NCBI GenBank assembly: GCA_009103225.1
Contig: RHPI01001020.1
Span: forward strand, 68,905-132,904
Direction of reading: 5' to 3'
DNA length: 64,000 nucleotides
Source of the DNA: Chlorokybus atmophyticus
Taxonomy: Eukaryota > Plantae > Mesostigma and Chlorokybus algae
In this document: positions 52,201 through 64,000 of the stretch, in pieces
Numbering within the stretch: the stretch's first letter is position 1
Layout of the letters: every line of letters starts with the position of its first letter
Made by a program: the position numbers and the translations under genes
Notes under the pieces: generated by a model
The model's input: the letters and a program-made list of their open reading frames with translations, nothing else
Database searches by the model: none
Told to the model about the DNA's origin: nothing

Positions 52201-52527
52201 TTGTTGGGTCTGAACTACACGGCTTTGAACCTGCTTCCCGCCAACAACACCGACGGGTACAACCTGATGCAGGCCGTGTACGGCCGCTGGCCCGCGCTCT
52301 TCTTCACCACGGGCGTGACGTGCGTGGCCACGTGGTACGCGCTCTTCGAGCACTCGGCCGTGGCGGGGTGGTGGCTATTCGCACACACGATCTCGTCGGC
52401 ATTCTGCAACCCTGTCGGGTCGAGACTCGTGCTCAATGAGGTTACTGATGTGGGGCGTTGGCGACTCGTGGCCGGCACGTGTGCGCTGCTCGCCGGCATC
52501 ATCTGCCTGCTGCCCAACTGGCAGTGA
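49300..52527 (+). CDS. EGY-family (M50/S2P) chloroplast intramembrane protein lacking HExxH (EGY3-like), multi-exon
   Basis: Transit-peptide-like N-terminus; GLVGSTIAL...LPNRKAMTDVALAG; HPLTLAGLLGL...LNLLPANNTDG; LNEVTDVGRWR; the HExxH position reads SQAAR. Confidence 0.8.
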
Positions 52528-53367
52528 GATGTTGTGTCGCTCTGGGGGGGTTGTTGTCGTACATACGCGTGGGAGTAGGAGTAGGAGTTATGCTTGTGAC
52601 GGGTATTGGCGTGTACGCCTGTGCCGCCTCTTTAGCATTAGCTGTACATATCGCTCTGCTGCTGTTGTGTTAAAACTGCCCACATATACCTGCGCTTGCT
52701 ATTGGTTCATAGAGTAGGGTGCATGGGATGTAGCACTGCCATAATGGAGTGGTGCCACTGCGTTTGTGTACAGGGCACATGACGTGCTGTTGTGCACACG
52801 CATCACCACGCAACATGCATATCACTCAAGCACTGCATCCACACTACTGTACACCTCGCAGTGTGCTCACATCACAGGTCAAGTTGCAACTGCAGTTGCG
52901 AGCTTGTGCATTGGTTCGTGCCACAGTGACGTGTCCCGTGTTGCACTCGCTGGTTGCGTTCACTGTGAAGGTGAAGGCCCTTTGTCACAACGCACATGGC
53001 CAATGCCATCTGTAATTATACACGTAGCTATTGAAAGTTCCTGGAACTGATAAATCTATTGTCCCTTCTACATAGGTCATAGTTTGACGAGAAAAAGTTG
53101 TTTTTAGGGACTAGGGGGATGATGGCAGACGCAAATGTTTCCAACAATAGATATGGTCAAGCCTAGGGGCTATAGCAACAAAGCAATAAGCCAGCAGCAT
53201 AGGGTACAATAGAGGGCCACGGAAGCATGTGAGCAGGCTCAGGCAAGGGCCGCAATAACATTGTTGTTATGGTTGATGAGTCTCTGCGGCACACTAGACT
53301 CATCAATAGCAGATGATACAGTCACCTTACAACACACATGCAAATGACAAACCAAAGTACATACCAT

Positions 53368-53368
53368 G

Positions 53369-53420
<52 letters not shown>

Positions 53421-53421
53421 T
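53368..53421. repeat. (TGCG)n microsatellite
   Basis: Directly visible. Confidence 0.9.
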
Positions 53422-53685
53422 GGTAGGGGAGGTGTATGAGCAGCAAACAGCGGGCATAACCGCCAGAAGATGTCTTATCAGCACAGTACTTCCTTACAAC
53501 TTGTCTTGTATTGAGAGCACGATGTTCGCCTGCAATACGCGGTTACCACTGCTTCTTACTGTATACTCAGGGATACCACATTTCAATCTAGGTAACAATA
53601 CGCGAGCTGCTTTCTAGGCCCTCCCTATCAACCTCATCTACAATGCTCTACTTGCACTAATCTGATCACACACTCAACATGTGTA

Positions 53686-56570
53686 TTACCCAACACAAGT
53701 GGACCACAACCGATCCTGCGTGCTTGTGTCGAACCACTCGCTCACGGCACGGCGTGTCCACATATCAACATCCTCTCCATGTGCACTAAAATCAGGCGTA
53801 TATTGACTCCCTTTGTGTCCCATTGTGTTGACAAAACCCTCGCACGTGTGCGACACATTGCTGCCGGGCGGGAAACCCAACTTGGAGCTGAAGTCGCGGG
53901 GGACGTGTGCCACACGCACACCTGTGTGAGTCACGTCGTCTGCGCGACGGAAAGAGGCGTGGAGGCCGAGAGCGCGAGCGTATATGCTGGATATGGACCA
54001 GTGGCCCTTAGGGCAGTCTGCATCGATCTGTTGCACAAGATGAGCTCAACTCAGTAAACTATGCTTGTTATGTGCCTGCCTGCATGCGTATCTGTGCGTG
54101 TTCGTGTGTGCATGTCTGTGAGCATGTGTCCACACGTGTGCGCATGCCAGCATGAGAGTAGACACAGGCGCACGCGTGCACACACACGTACGTACACAAG
54201 CATGCAGGCACACATACACGCATCTGTTCACATGTGCACGTACACACATGCGCATACACATACGTACACACATGCATGCGCGTGGGCATGTGTCTGCGTG
54301 CGTGTATGCGCATGTGTGTACGAGCACATGTGAACAGATCCGTGTATGTGTGCCTGCATGCTTGTGTATGCACTGGTCACACACATGCACTCACCTCGAG
54401 GAATGCCGCACAGCGTGGTAGGTACAATGCGAGCGCGCCCTGTGCGCCGTGTGCTCCAACATACACGTCCGTGTTCGCAAAAGCGAGCACCTGGTCTCGA
54501 AACTCAGGATGCCGATTGGGATGCTCGGTGGCATTGCACGCTAAAACATCACCCTCCACGACATCAAGATTGGTGATGTGGACTTTAATGTCGGGTCCAC
54601 CTTGCGCGCGTAAGGCGGACACAACTCCAGCAGCCACCTCACACGGGTTGGAGAGGGAGCGGTGGAACACGTGGGTACGCGCGTACACGGACACGCGCAA
54701 CTCCTCGCCGTCGAGAGGGCGGGATAGACGCGGCAAAGGCACGCGCAAGTACGCGAATGTGGCCGCGCGGAAGCGAGCAATCGCCTCTGACACCTGGACA
54801 CATGTGTGTGTGTGTGTGCGTGTGTGTGTGCGTGCATGCGCGTGTGTGCTTGTACACACCTGCTCCTGCGTGTACACGCGTTCGCGCGGGTTCTCCCAAC
54901 CCAACACCATAATCCACATCTGGTTCACCACGAGCGTGTCGAAACACAACATGTTGCCCTCCTCGCCGAGCGCAATCAGGTCAGCTGTCGGCGAGAGCGT
55001 CATCACCACGCGCGTGAGGTGCGCAGCCAACGCATACTCAGGTTCACGCAGCCGGGAGAACTTCTCACCCGCAAGGAAGTGGGCCACATTCCCACCCAAC
55101 TTGCTTGCAAACTCGGGGAGCTGTATGAGACTCTGATGAAGTATGTTCTCCAACATGTGATGGTTGGGGTTGGACACGCTCACGCGGAGCCTCAGAGTGA
55201 CACCCGAAACCCACACTGCTCCCGGGTCAGGTTGAGCCGCAAACACAATATTTGGCGTGTGCGCAGAGTGGAATTGTTCCTCCCATTCCCTTCCCGACAT
55301 TTTCAACTGCGGGTCCTCGTTGAGCCACGCCTCGTCCCGGTCGATGAACACGTATTGCCACTTTGAACCCCTCATGGCACGCACGCACACATTGCGCATG
55401 ACTGCGGACAAGGGCGGCACGTCCTTTATATAATCCGTTGTGAGCGAAAGAGGGGGAGAAGATGTGTACCCGTCGTGCGCGCGGCGTGAACCCACATCAC
55501 TAAACACATCGAAACCCCAACCTGTCCCCGCTACACCCGGCACAGGTGACAATCCGCACGCGGGAAGAAAATGTGGCCTCCTCACAAGTGTGGCCTCACT
55601 CACATTGGTATTGTTGTTGGGTGAGAGAACCCGCGTGAGGTCATTGTTGTTGGCTTCGCAGGCAACGGTGGCGGGGGAGGCGGACAGCGTGTCCACATTT
55701 GTATATATGTTGGTGATGATGCGGGTGCGTAGCGGGGGGTGGAGGAGGACAATGGCGAGCAGCGGGGCGGCGAGGAGGAGTAATGTGGCAATGCGGGTAG
55801 ATGGCGATGCCCATACAGCTGCGATGATGCGTGTCCCCGCACGCCTCCGCTCTGCACGTACCCAAGCATGTGAGTTGGCTTCAAGCGTGTACACGGGCGC
55901 ATGTGTCTGTACGTGCGTGCATGCGTGCGGTGAGGCCCAACGCTGCTTGGGTGGTTGTTATAAACTATGCGCTGCAGTTGTGCATGCGTGTGTGCAAATC
56001 CAACACTCAGCCATGAATAGATAGGTTTGTCATTGCAACTTGCGCTGCAGTTGTACATTCTCTCTGCGCGTGCTTTTTGCATGCATGTGCTCGTGCGTGC
56101 ACTCATGTGTACATGTCCAGTGTGCGCATCTGCGTGCGCATCTGCATGTGCGAGTGCATGTGTGTGTGCTTGTATACACGTGTGCGCACTGCATCAGTCA
56201 CTGACTGCGTGCGGGTACCTGTATGCGATGTTGTTGGGGGGACTTGACTACGATGGACGGGCAGTTTTGTGGGGAAGAGTAGTAGCGTTTTGGATGTTGG
56301 AGTGCCTCTGCTGTGCTTGTTGGTGCTTTGATACACGTTTACCATTGGGACGATTCACTGCCATGCCAGCACACATTGTGCAAAACATTGTCAATGAGCG
56401 ATACACTATATGCGTGTGCATGTAGCCCAACCACACACACACATATCCACTACTACTTTGCCATACGCACCGTCAGAGGAGGGCGAAAGCAGTTGCGCCA
56501 AAGTCGCCGCCCCAGCCGGAGAGCCTTGCCTGATGCCACTGCTGCTATCGGCGGCGGCGGCGGCGGCCAT
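53686..56570 (-). CDS. GT61/DUF563-like glycosyltransferase, type II membrane, multi-exon
   Basis: Exon 1 MAAAAAADSS...SSD (phase 1) joins the exon at ~55850; TM ATLLLLAAPLLAIVLL; NPNHHMLENI; FANTDVYVGAHGAQGALALYLPRCAAFLE. Confidence 0.72.
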
Positions 56571-57335
56571 GGCAGGCGACCGCCGCTGCCCGCTGCTGAT
56601 CTGCCCCGCTGGTAGCGGCGGCATGCTCCTGCAGCCCAACCCTGCTGTCTACTACTACTTCTACCGTACCCACCTGGCCACCCCCCTCTACGGCGGCGGC
56701 GGCGGCGGCGGCGGCAACCTCGTCGCCATCATCATCCGACATGTTGTTGACGTCAACGACACCACACCAACAATGATTGCTGTTCAACAACACCGTTTCA
56801 GATTCCAGCAGCGGGTCTCGTCTTGCAGGCAGCCCTGTCCCTTTCCTTCTTTCCTCCTGCTGCCCCCAACGCGCTTTCCTTCTTTGTCTGTGTGTCTTCC
56901 TGGTAGTGGCACACCTGTGCCGCCGCCTGGCCTCACCAAGGTGAAGGGTGCCGGGTTCAGGATGAGCGGGGGACAAAAGTGACGCACAGCGCAGGGCCGT
57001 GTGCCGTGACAGGGACAAGCACGGAGCCAATCGGCAATTGACACACGGGAAGGGGGGGCGGACAGCGAAGCTCGGGGGACAATCTTGCTATGATGGGATC
57101 ATGTATCCGATGATCCCTAATTAGATTCCTTGCCCGCTTGCCGGTATCCCCCGACACAATTACTTGAGATGAATGCATTGATCTAACCATGCTAGTGGTA
57201 TGTACAGCAGTGTACCCCGGGTAATCTAATTTGTTCTCATTTAACATTGTTTCGTATAACGTTTCATAGCTGACGTACCTGTGCTTATTACACCTCTTAC
57301 GATAGTCCGTCAGTACATGTTGTTACGTACATAGA

Positions 57336-57434
57336 TTTCAGCACTCTTTGCCAAATTAAAACTTAAGCAAGGGCTGCTGGTCAAGTTTACCCAGCAGCCT
57401 TTCTCGAATCTAATTTTGGCAAGGGGTGCTGGAT
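57336..57434. repeat. Imperfect inverted repeat (~100 bp hairpin)
   Basis: cagcactctttgccaaatta...aagggctgctgg pairs with ccagcagccttt...taattttggcaaggggtgctg. Confidence 0.7.
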
Positions 57435-58403
57435 AAACTTGTACAATCATCAAGCTTAAAACAATTGTTTAGGCGAGCATGGTGCACCCAGCGCATAGCC
57501 TGACCACTAAAGCTTGAATAGTTTGCGTAATCTACAATTTGCAAAATTTAAATTGTATCCAAATGCAGTACCATAAATATGTGGGTGTGGGTGCTTGTGT
57601 TTGGACCGATGTTATGTTATATATATGTCATACACATCCAAGTGTAGTCCATGCTTCTTTATTTTTCCCATACATGTGAATACCCCCATGTGTATACTGC
57701 GTTTGTGTAGCAAAAAGTGCAATATTGCTTGAACGGATGAAACAGTTTTTAAACACATATATATATATGAACGGTTACATAAGCAGAATATTTGTTTAAT
57801 ACTTTTAATGTTGTATGCTTATTTGCAAATGAGTTCAACACAATATTGCAAAAGTATAGCAATTATAAAGTGCAACAGTATATCTCAACTATCCCCTGCA
57901 ATTGATTACGGGTATGTGCATCATGGATTATATGAAAAGCCCACCCTCACCTGTCAAGGCTGCAAACGGGAACGGTGCTTCGTGCACTCCTTTGCTTTAA
58001 TAAAGTCACGAGGGGTAGTCAATTGACAAAGATGCTTTGGCCGCAAGAGCGCGATTTGTGATAGGGGAGATTGTGAGCTCAGTTCCTCACCCCACGATCA
58101 ATGCGACATATAGAGTATGGTTACACTTCCGGGTGACCCTCGCCACCGCATGCAATCGAGCTGGCACGTCGTGTATTGGCCTTCTACCGGCTGAAAGGCC
58201 ACTTCTTAGAGCACTCGTCACTTATTCCCGCTGAGCGGATCAGCATGACCATGCAGCAGCATACAACGAGCACCCTTTAAGTCAGCATCAACTACATCGT
58301 CAGTGACGATTCGTCACTACGATAGTACACTTAATGGGTGTCGACATATGATATGTCGAAAGTATCAATATATGATATCATACATGATGTTGATATGCGT
58401 TCA

Positions 58404-58580
58404 ACTAGCGGTGCGGCTGATTGGGCGGGATTGGGTCGGCCGGCCGGCCGGCCGGCCGGGGAGGACGGCATTAGGGCACAAAGACACATCACGCGCACTG
58501 AGGGCCATCACACACAGCACCCAAGACTACATGCCTGCTGCGCGCATACCGAGCAGCCCGCCTGCCTCTCATTGGCTATG
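58404..58580 (+). repeat. Dispersed GC-rich repeat, copy B
   Basis: agggccatcacac..gcaccc..gact...gcccgcctg..tctcattggcta shared with copy C. Confidence 0.7.
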
Positions 58581-58742
58581 CGACGTGTATCAGCTATCGG
58601 CCATTCGATTTGTGTTAAACAACTTTCAACCTTCCAAAGCCCATATCGTGCAATTGCACAAAGTACATGCGAATGAATAAAAGAATCCACTCATTTTGAG
58701 CACAACATGCACGGTGCACATATGCGTTATGTGTGCGTTGTA

Positions 58743-59208
58743 CAGTCCACCCCCGCTAAAAGACTTTGCTCAAGAGAATAACCCCGCTTGTAGCATACGT
58801 TCTGAGATCACCAACGATGTTACAGGCAAATGTTAGTGCTTAAGAGAATATGACTAACCGCGAAGAGCATATTATTTTTCATGACATTTTTGCAAATGTC
58901 AGTGTGCGTAATCTTAACATTGAGGGAGTAGCGCGTGACGGGTGTGTCATCAGGCGTAATGAGTGCGATCGACAAGGCGTGATGGGTACAGTGTCACGCG
59001 TAATTGGCGTAATGAGCGTGATGGCATGATACGTGACGTAATGCGCGTGATGTAATGGGCGTGATGGGCGTATTGAACTGCATTGTAGCATACAAATGCT
59101 CTTAATGTTTAAGAGCATATTATGCTCTTTTTAACGCCAAGAGCATAACCCCGCCAGGAGCAAACTATCTTTAAAAACAAACAGCATGCTCTTAAAAGGG
59201 GTAGACTG
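58743..59208. mobile_element. TA-flanked MITE with CAGTC(C/T)ACCCC TIRs
   Basis: TA|cagtccaccccc ... ggggtagactg|TA; internal AAGAGCATA/TATGCTCTT motifs. Confidence 0.75.
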
Positions 59209-59262
59209 TACAATAAATGTTTCAATGTAACTAGGTACGTACCACTATGTACCTTAACTGTA

Positions 59263-59782
59263 CAGTATACCTCCACTATATTCATCACGTGTATCTTTCA
59301 TTCCATCAACGGGGTTATTCTCTTGGCGTTTACAATAATATATACTACTTTTTACATAATATATATTCTACTAACAGGGGTATTGCAAAATAACCGTAAG
59401 CCACGTTATTATGTTGTAACGTGGCATACATTAAATTGATAATNGGGTATTGCAAGATAACCGTAAGCTACGTGATTATGTTGTAACGTGGCATACATTA
59501 AATTGATAATAGTCAACAATATACCAATTATGTACGTAACTATATATGAGTTCTGTAATATGTTTATGTTTATAATATTTGAAATCAACATGCCATTAAC
59601 AAGGTATTCCCCCGTAACAAGACTGCCCACACAAAATTTGAACCCTTTGTTGTAGTCTTATAGCGTACAAAACTATTCCACTAACCGATGATATTAGTCT
59701 GTAAAACCATTGGATTTTTGCAAATTCACGATCTCAACGGGGTTATTTTCATAAACCGAAGTCTTGTAACGCGGGTAGACTA
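59263..59782 (-). mobile_element. TA-flanked MITE, same family as 18616-19086, with internal 67-bp tandem duplication (59377-59510)
   Basis: Reverse complement aligns along its length with 18616-19086. Confidence 0.7.
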
Positions 59783-59916
59783 TATAGTTTACCCATTTGT
59801 AAGAGCATACTGGTATCCTCAAAAATTGTATGCTCTTGGCGACTAAGAGCATAATATGCTCTTGAACGTTAAGAGCATATATATGCTATAAGCGCAGATT
59901 CATTTCGCCCATCACG

Positions 59917-60045
59917 CCTATTGGTTGGGCCGGCCTGTCGGCATTCAACCTACATCACACATCCCGCGCTAGGGCCATCACACGGCACCCGCGACTGCCG
60001 GGCTGCGCGGCAGTATGTGCGGCCCGCCTGATTCTCATTGGCTAG
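59917..60045 (+). repeat. Dispersed GC-rich repeat, copy C
   Basis: See copies A and B; contains the hairpin ctgccg-ggctgcg-cggcag. Confidence 0.7.
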
Positions 60046-62269
60046 GTGGCGAGAACAAGCGTTACACCGTTAGATCTGCCTAAGCACGATCGTGGCCGTC
60101 CAAAGCACATCCAATTGTTTAAGCGCATGCCAATAAATGTAAAAATAAGCACATTTCTGCAACGTGGCCGCTTATGGCTGCATGTTGATAGTTTCTTTAA
60201 AGTGTTACATTAATTATATCGATAAATATGCTGCAATATGGTGCAACATGGTGCGATATGATTAGCAAATGCTGTTAAGTGTTTCACAACTTAGTATTCA
60301 ACGTAACGTTCACGCCACGGTACGTGCTGCGGTACTTAGTATATAATGCCGAGGTTACGACCATCAAAATAATGCTAACCTGAATTACCTTAACGTTAAG
60401 ATTCAACTAAACGAAAAATTTCATCGTTAGGCCACCATTCGGTCACGCATGAGATTGATCAAATGGGATCGCAACGGTGACAACAGCCAGTTGCTCAAAA
60501 AGGCAGCGAAATGGCCAATCATTGCAAAGATGCGTAAAAGATGCTAAGAAATATCTCAGCGGCAACCGCTTACCAACGGCGACCCAATATTGCTAGGGGT
60601 TTGGTGCAATTGCGGCATAGTTAGTGGTTAAAATGGCTGCGTTTTTGGCGGTACGAGGTCGGGGCAGGCCCCATACCCCAAAGACATGCCGCCACTACTC
60701 ACCCTCTAACTAATCCACTCTACCCTTTACGCTAATTGATTACACGCTATAGTTACTGCGTCATCAAACATGGTCAACAGCCGAATAACACAACCACAAG
60801 TGTCATCGATCATAATCGTACTATAATGCCGTGCTTAATAATAAACCATAAAACCGTAACGCCTCCGAGGGCTCGAATTAGGTAAGTCGGGATACAACAC
60901 GGGGAAACCCGGGTCGGGACGCACAACCAAGCAAGAAAATGCCGCGTCGGGACATACAAACAACAGACGACCCGATATACTGATATGAATTATGTAAGGT
61001 GGGGAACGCGATCAGAGGTAATCTCGATTTCCAGCGCCGCGTCCCTGCCCAGCCATTACGCGCCGACAATGTTCATTACCGTCAACTGGTTTTGTCGGCG
61101 TCGGCGTGCCCGCTCACGTGAGCCAACCATACTGAACGACGCTCAACAGTCGACTATTTTGAAATCAACTACAATATTTAAGTTGAAGATAATTGGGCTG
61201 GCGTTATGTGACATTGATAGTGTGCTTGTTCACACTTCCTATACTTTGCATGTTGATGTATAGTGTAGCACACAGTGATTGATAAATATGTCAATATAAA
61301 TATAAAGATTAAAATACTTGCACAGCATCACTCACACATGCATATACACATACATTTTATGAAATAAACATAACAGTTGCAAGCACACACATATTTACAA
61401 CTTTAAGTAACATAAATGGAAGAAATGTAATGCAGTCTATACGTGTATAAACGAAACTTAATAATCACTTTTACTACTACAGCTAAGTCATTACTCAGGA
61501 TTGAAGGTTACTCACTCCGCGTGTCAACTATTGCACGCACGTGCGTGTGCATGAACATGCACGCATACGTTGCACGTAGCTGTATTTGGGTAGCTATAGT
61601 TGTGTTGTTGTAAGCTTTACACCCCGGCTGGATAAACTATTCCTACATGTGTGTTATGCTTGCTGTGAGTGTTTTTTAGCTACGTAGCTTAGCAACGTAT
61701 ACGTCGTGCATGATCCTGTATGTATACTGATGGGTTGTGCCGCACGCTTGCACGCACGCTTGGAGCGCACCCACACTTACACCATCACACATATGAGACA
61801 AACACTAGCACGCACATCAATGTGAGTGCTTCATTGTGTAGTGAGTTGATTTGTTCCGCGTGTCACACTCTCGTGTATGCCGCAATCCTTGCAAACTATA
61901 TATCATACACGCAGCACAAACACACGCACACATGCAGAAAACCCACCAGGTCAACATCCTTTACACAAGTAGAGAGATCTAAGGGGCTGGCTAGGGAGAG
62001 AGGGTGGGCCCCACCCCACCCCACCCCACCCCACCCCCCNGGGGGCTGCGCGACGTAAGTTGTAGCAACAGCAGAGCGGCATGGGTGAGACGCAATAGCC
62101 GCCACCCGACCACACATTACAAGGAAGCGCAGTTGGCTGAAGCTGCTGTCAATGATGGAGTGACCATCACTCGCTTTCACTTCGGCAAGGCCCTGAGATG
62201 GCCCACATGTGGGTGTAAGCTGATGTGGATGCGTGCATGCGTGTATGTATGGCGTGCATATGCGTGTTC

Positions 62270-62555
62270 GTGTGTGTTACACATGCATGAGCGTGTGTGC
62301 GTGTGTGCGCGTATGTGCTAGGTTATGTGTATATGGCGTGCGGGTGTGGCGTGCGGGTTGGCACCTGCATGTGTGTGCGTGACGATGTGAATATGTGGCG
62401 CATGCGTGTGCGTGCGTGTATGTGTGTGCATGCGTGAGGCTGTGTATGTGTGGTGTGCATGTGTGTGCGTGCGTGTATGCGTGAGACTGCGTATGTGTGG
62501 TGTGCATGTGCGTGTGCGTATGCGTGTATGTATGTGCATGCGTGCGTGCGTGATG
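62270..62555. repeat. Alternating purine-pyrimidine (TG/CA/CG) tract; block 62477-62551 recurs at ~63762-63841
   Basis: gtatgcgtgagactgcgtatg.gtgg.gtgcatgtgcgtgtgc..atgcgtgtatgtatgtgcatgcgtgcg present twice. Confidence 0.7.
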
Positions 62556-64000
62556 TCGGGCTGAGAAGGGTCGAGTGCTGATACGCCTCGAGGAACTGAA
62601 TGGCAGTTGTGTGGGCACTGATGTGTGCGCTGATAAAACAGATGTACGTACATACACAAGTGTCTATACGTATACATGCCCAAGTGCTGTTCATGGAAAT
62701 GAACAAAGTACCCCCTTGTCGCGGACATCGTGGGTGCGCGCACTTGTCACCCGCACCAAGTTGTGTTCCAGCAGATGCGAACAACAGATAGAGAGAGGCA
62801 ACAAGCCATCTATATCGATGCTGTGATCACAGTTCCTTGCGCGAGGTTAATAATGGGGTTTTCTTCTGTTGAGTAAGGCGAATGAGCGTAACAACTACAC
62901 AGATATCACGCTCTGAATGCGACTAACACACCATCCACATGAGTGTAACCAAGTCCACCTGCATGACAACAGTACCGTGTAAAGTGCGGTACTCGCTCCC
63001 ACAGTGGTGCAGGTTCCTTGGCCATTGAGATGGCTTGCTGTGTACAGTCGTACTCCCTTCATAGCTTGCTGGGCGCACACGATGACAATCTACGCCAAAT
63101 CCACGCACCGCAAACTCACCCAAGCCAAGCCTCACATACCACACCGGAACGCAAGTCTCAAAAATTCTTGCTCACAATATCACCAAGTGTACAAGTGTGC
63201 TGCTACTGCTACTTATACTACTGTGGCGGCACAGGAGTTAATGCACACAGTAAGTGCCACAATCACGGCTATGGTATAGATGTTCTACTGGCCTATACTA
63301 TGCTTCAACGGATATCCGTTGAAGTTGCGAATGCCGCTAAGGGAAGGCGCGGTTGAACTCATAACAGGGGGGCTAACGCGGGGGACCCTACGGTGTGCAG
63401 CGGTCGACATGAGCGCTTGCGGGGGACCCTTGGTTAAAGATTGCCAACGGGTCTGCTATGAGTTGATGCCTATATTGACAGTTTGATGAGTAGTTCGTCG
63501 TGAACCACTGGTTGATGCTGATAGTGCGGGAGTGGGACATGGATATGGGAATGTCCGAGGAGAATGAGCCCTCATGGACGGTTAGCACGACAGTGAGGCC
63601 GCGTGTATGTAACGTGCGTGAGCGGGAGTGTGTGCACTTGCGTGTGCGTGTGTGTATGTGTGTGCATTCGTACGTGCGTGCTTGCGTGCATGTGTGAGGC
63701 TATGTGCGTGTTGGCTCATGCGCGTACGAGTGCGTGTGCGTGCGCATGCGTGTGCGTGCGTGTATGCGTGAGACTGCGTATGCGTGGCGTGCATGTGCGT
63801 GTGCACATGCGTGTATGTATGTGCATGCGTGCGAGCGTGAGGCTGCGTGTCTCTCCTTCACTCTGGCTGCTGACGCTGAGTGTGTCATTGCAAAAATTGT
63901 TCATGCCGTTGGTGATACTGCAGTCGAGGCTCACGCGCCGGGTCAGGCGGTGCTGCAGTGTGTTGTTGAGACGGAGCGTAGTTGTGGACGCTTTGCGGTT

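Noticed and set aside
56410-57030. ORFs 56410-56982 (+) and 56545-57030 (-) as independent genes
   Set aside because: Low-complexity GCC-rich frames overlapping the probable 5' exon/UTR of the glycosyltransferase; no recognisable domain.
22658-59510. CRISPR-like arrays
   Set aside because: The repeats are two-copy tandem duplications or microsatellites with no repeat-spacer periodicity, no cas genes, and the DNA is eukaryotic.
59377-59510. 67-bp tandem duplication as a biological signal
   Set aside because: An N sits exactly at the junction, so it may be a contig-overlap artefact, although the units differ at about 3 positions.
61700-64000. Possible gene fragments at the window end
   Set aside because: ORFs are mostly translations of CA/TG repeats; no consistent exon chain or motif could be built.

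Overview
Eukaryotic nuclear DNA, most likely from a green-lineage alga: GT-AG introns rich in CA/TG repeats, a plastid-targeted EGY homolog and telo-boxes. Host genes alternate with transposon-rich blocks. Host genes: SMN-like (-), an FHA-SIM-RING-zfPARP E3 ligase (-) head-to-head with Nup93/Nic96 (+), an 8-exon secreted 10-Cys GPI-type protein with a Ly6/uPAR-like cysteine pattern (-) head-to-head with a Cys-type GST (+), an EGY-family S2P protein lacking HExxH (+), and a GT61-like glycosyltransferase (-). Mobile elements: a decayed Ty3/gypsy element with a C5-methyltransferase domain between protease and RT (1-5.9 kb), a full-length decayed chromovirus with both LTRs and a near-perfect TSD (11517-18493), an apparently intact hAT element with perfect TIRs and 8-bp TSD (19296-22565), TA-flanked MITEs, and a large decayed Academ (AcademX-type) DNA transposon (~36.3-47.4 kb). 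The most striking observation lies directly downstream of the Academ transposase: a spliced, co-decayed gene fusing a Tudor domain (and probably a Cys/His-rich N-terminus) to a phage-type C5 cytosine methyltransferase, which would be a DNA transposon carrying a chromatin reader-DNA methylation writer. All calls come from manual motif reading; no database searches were run.
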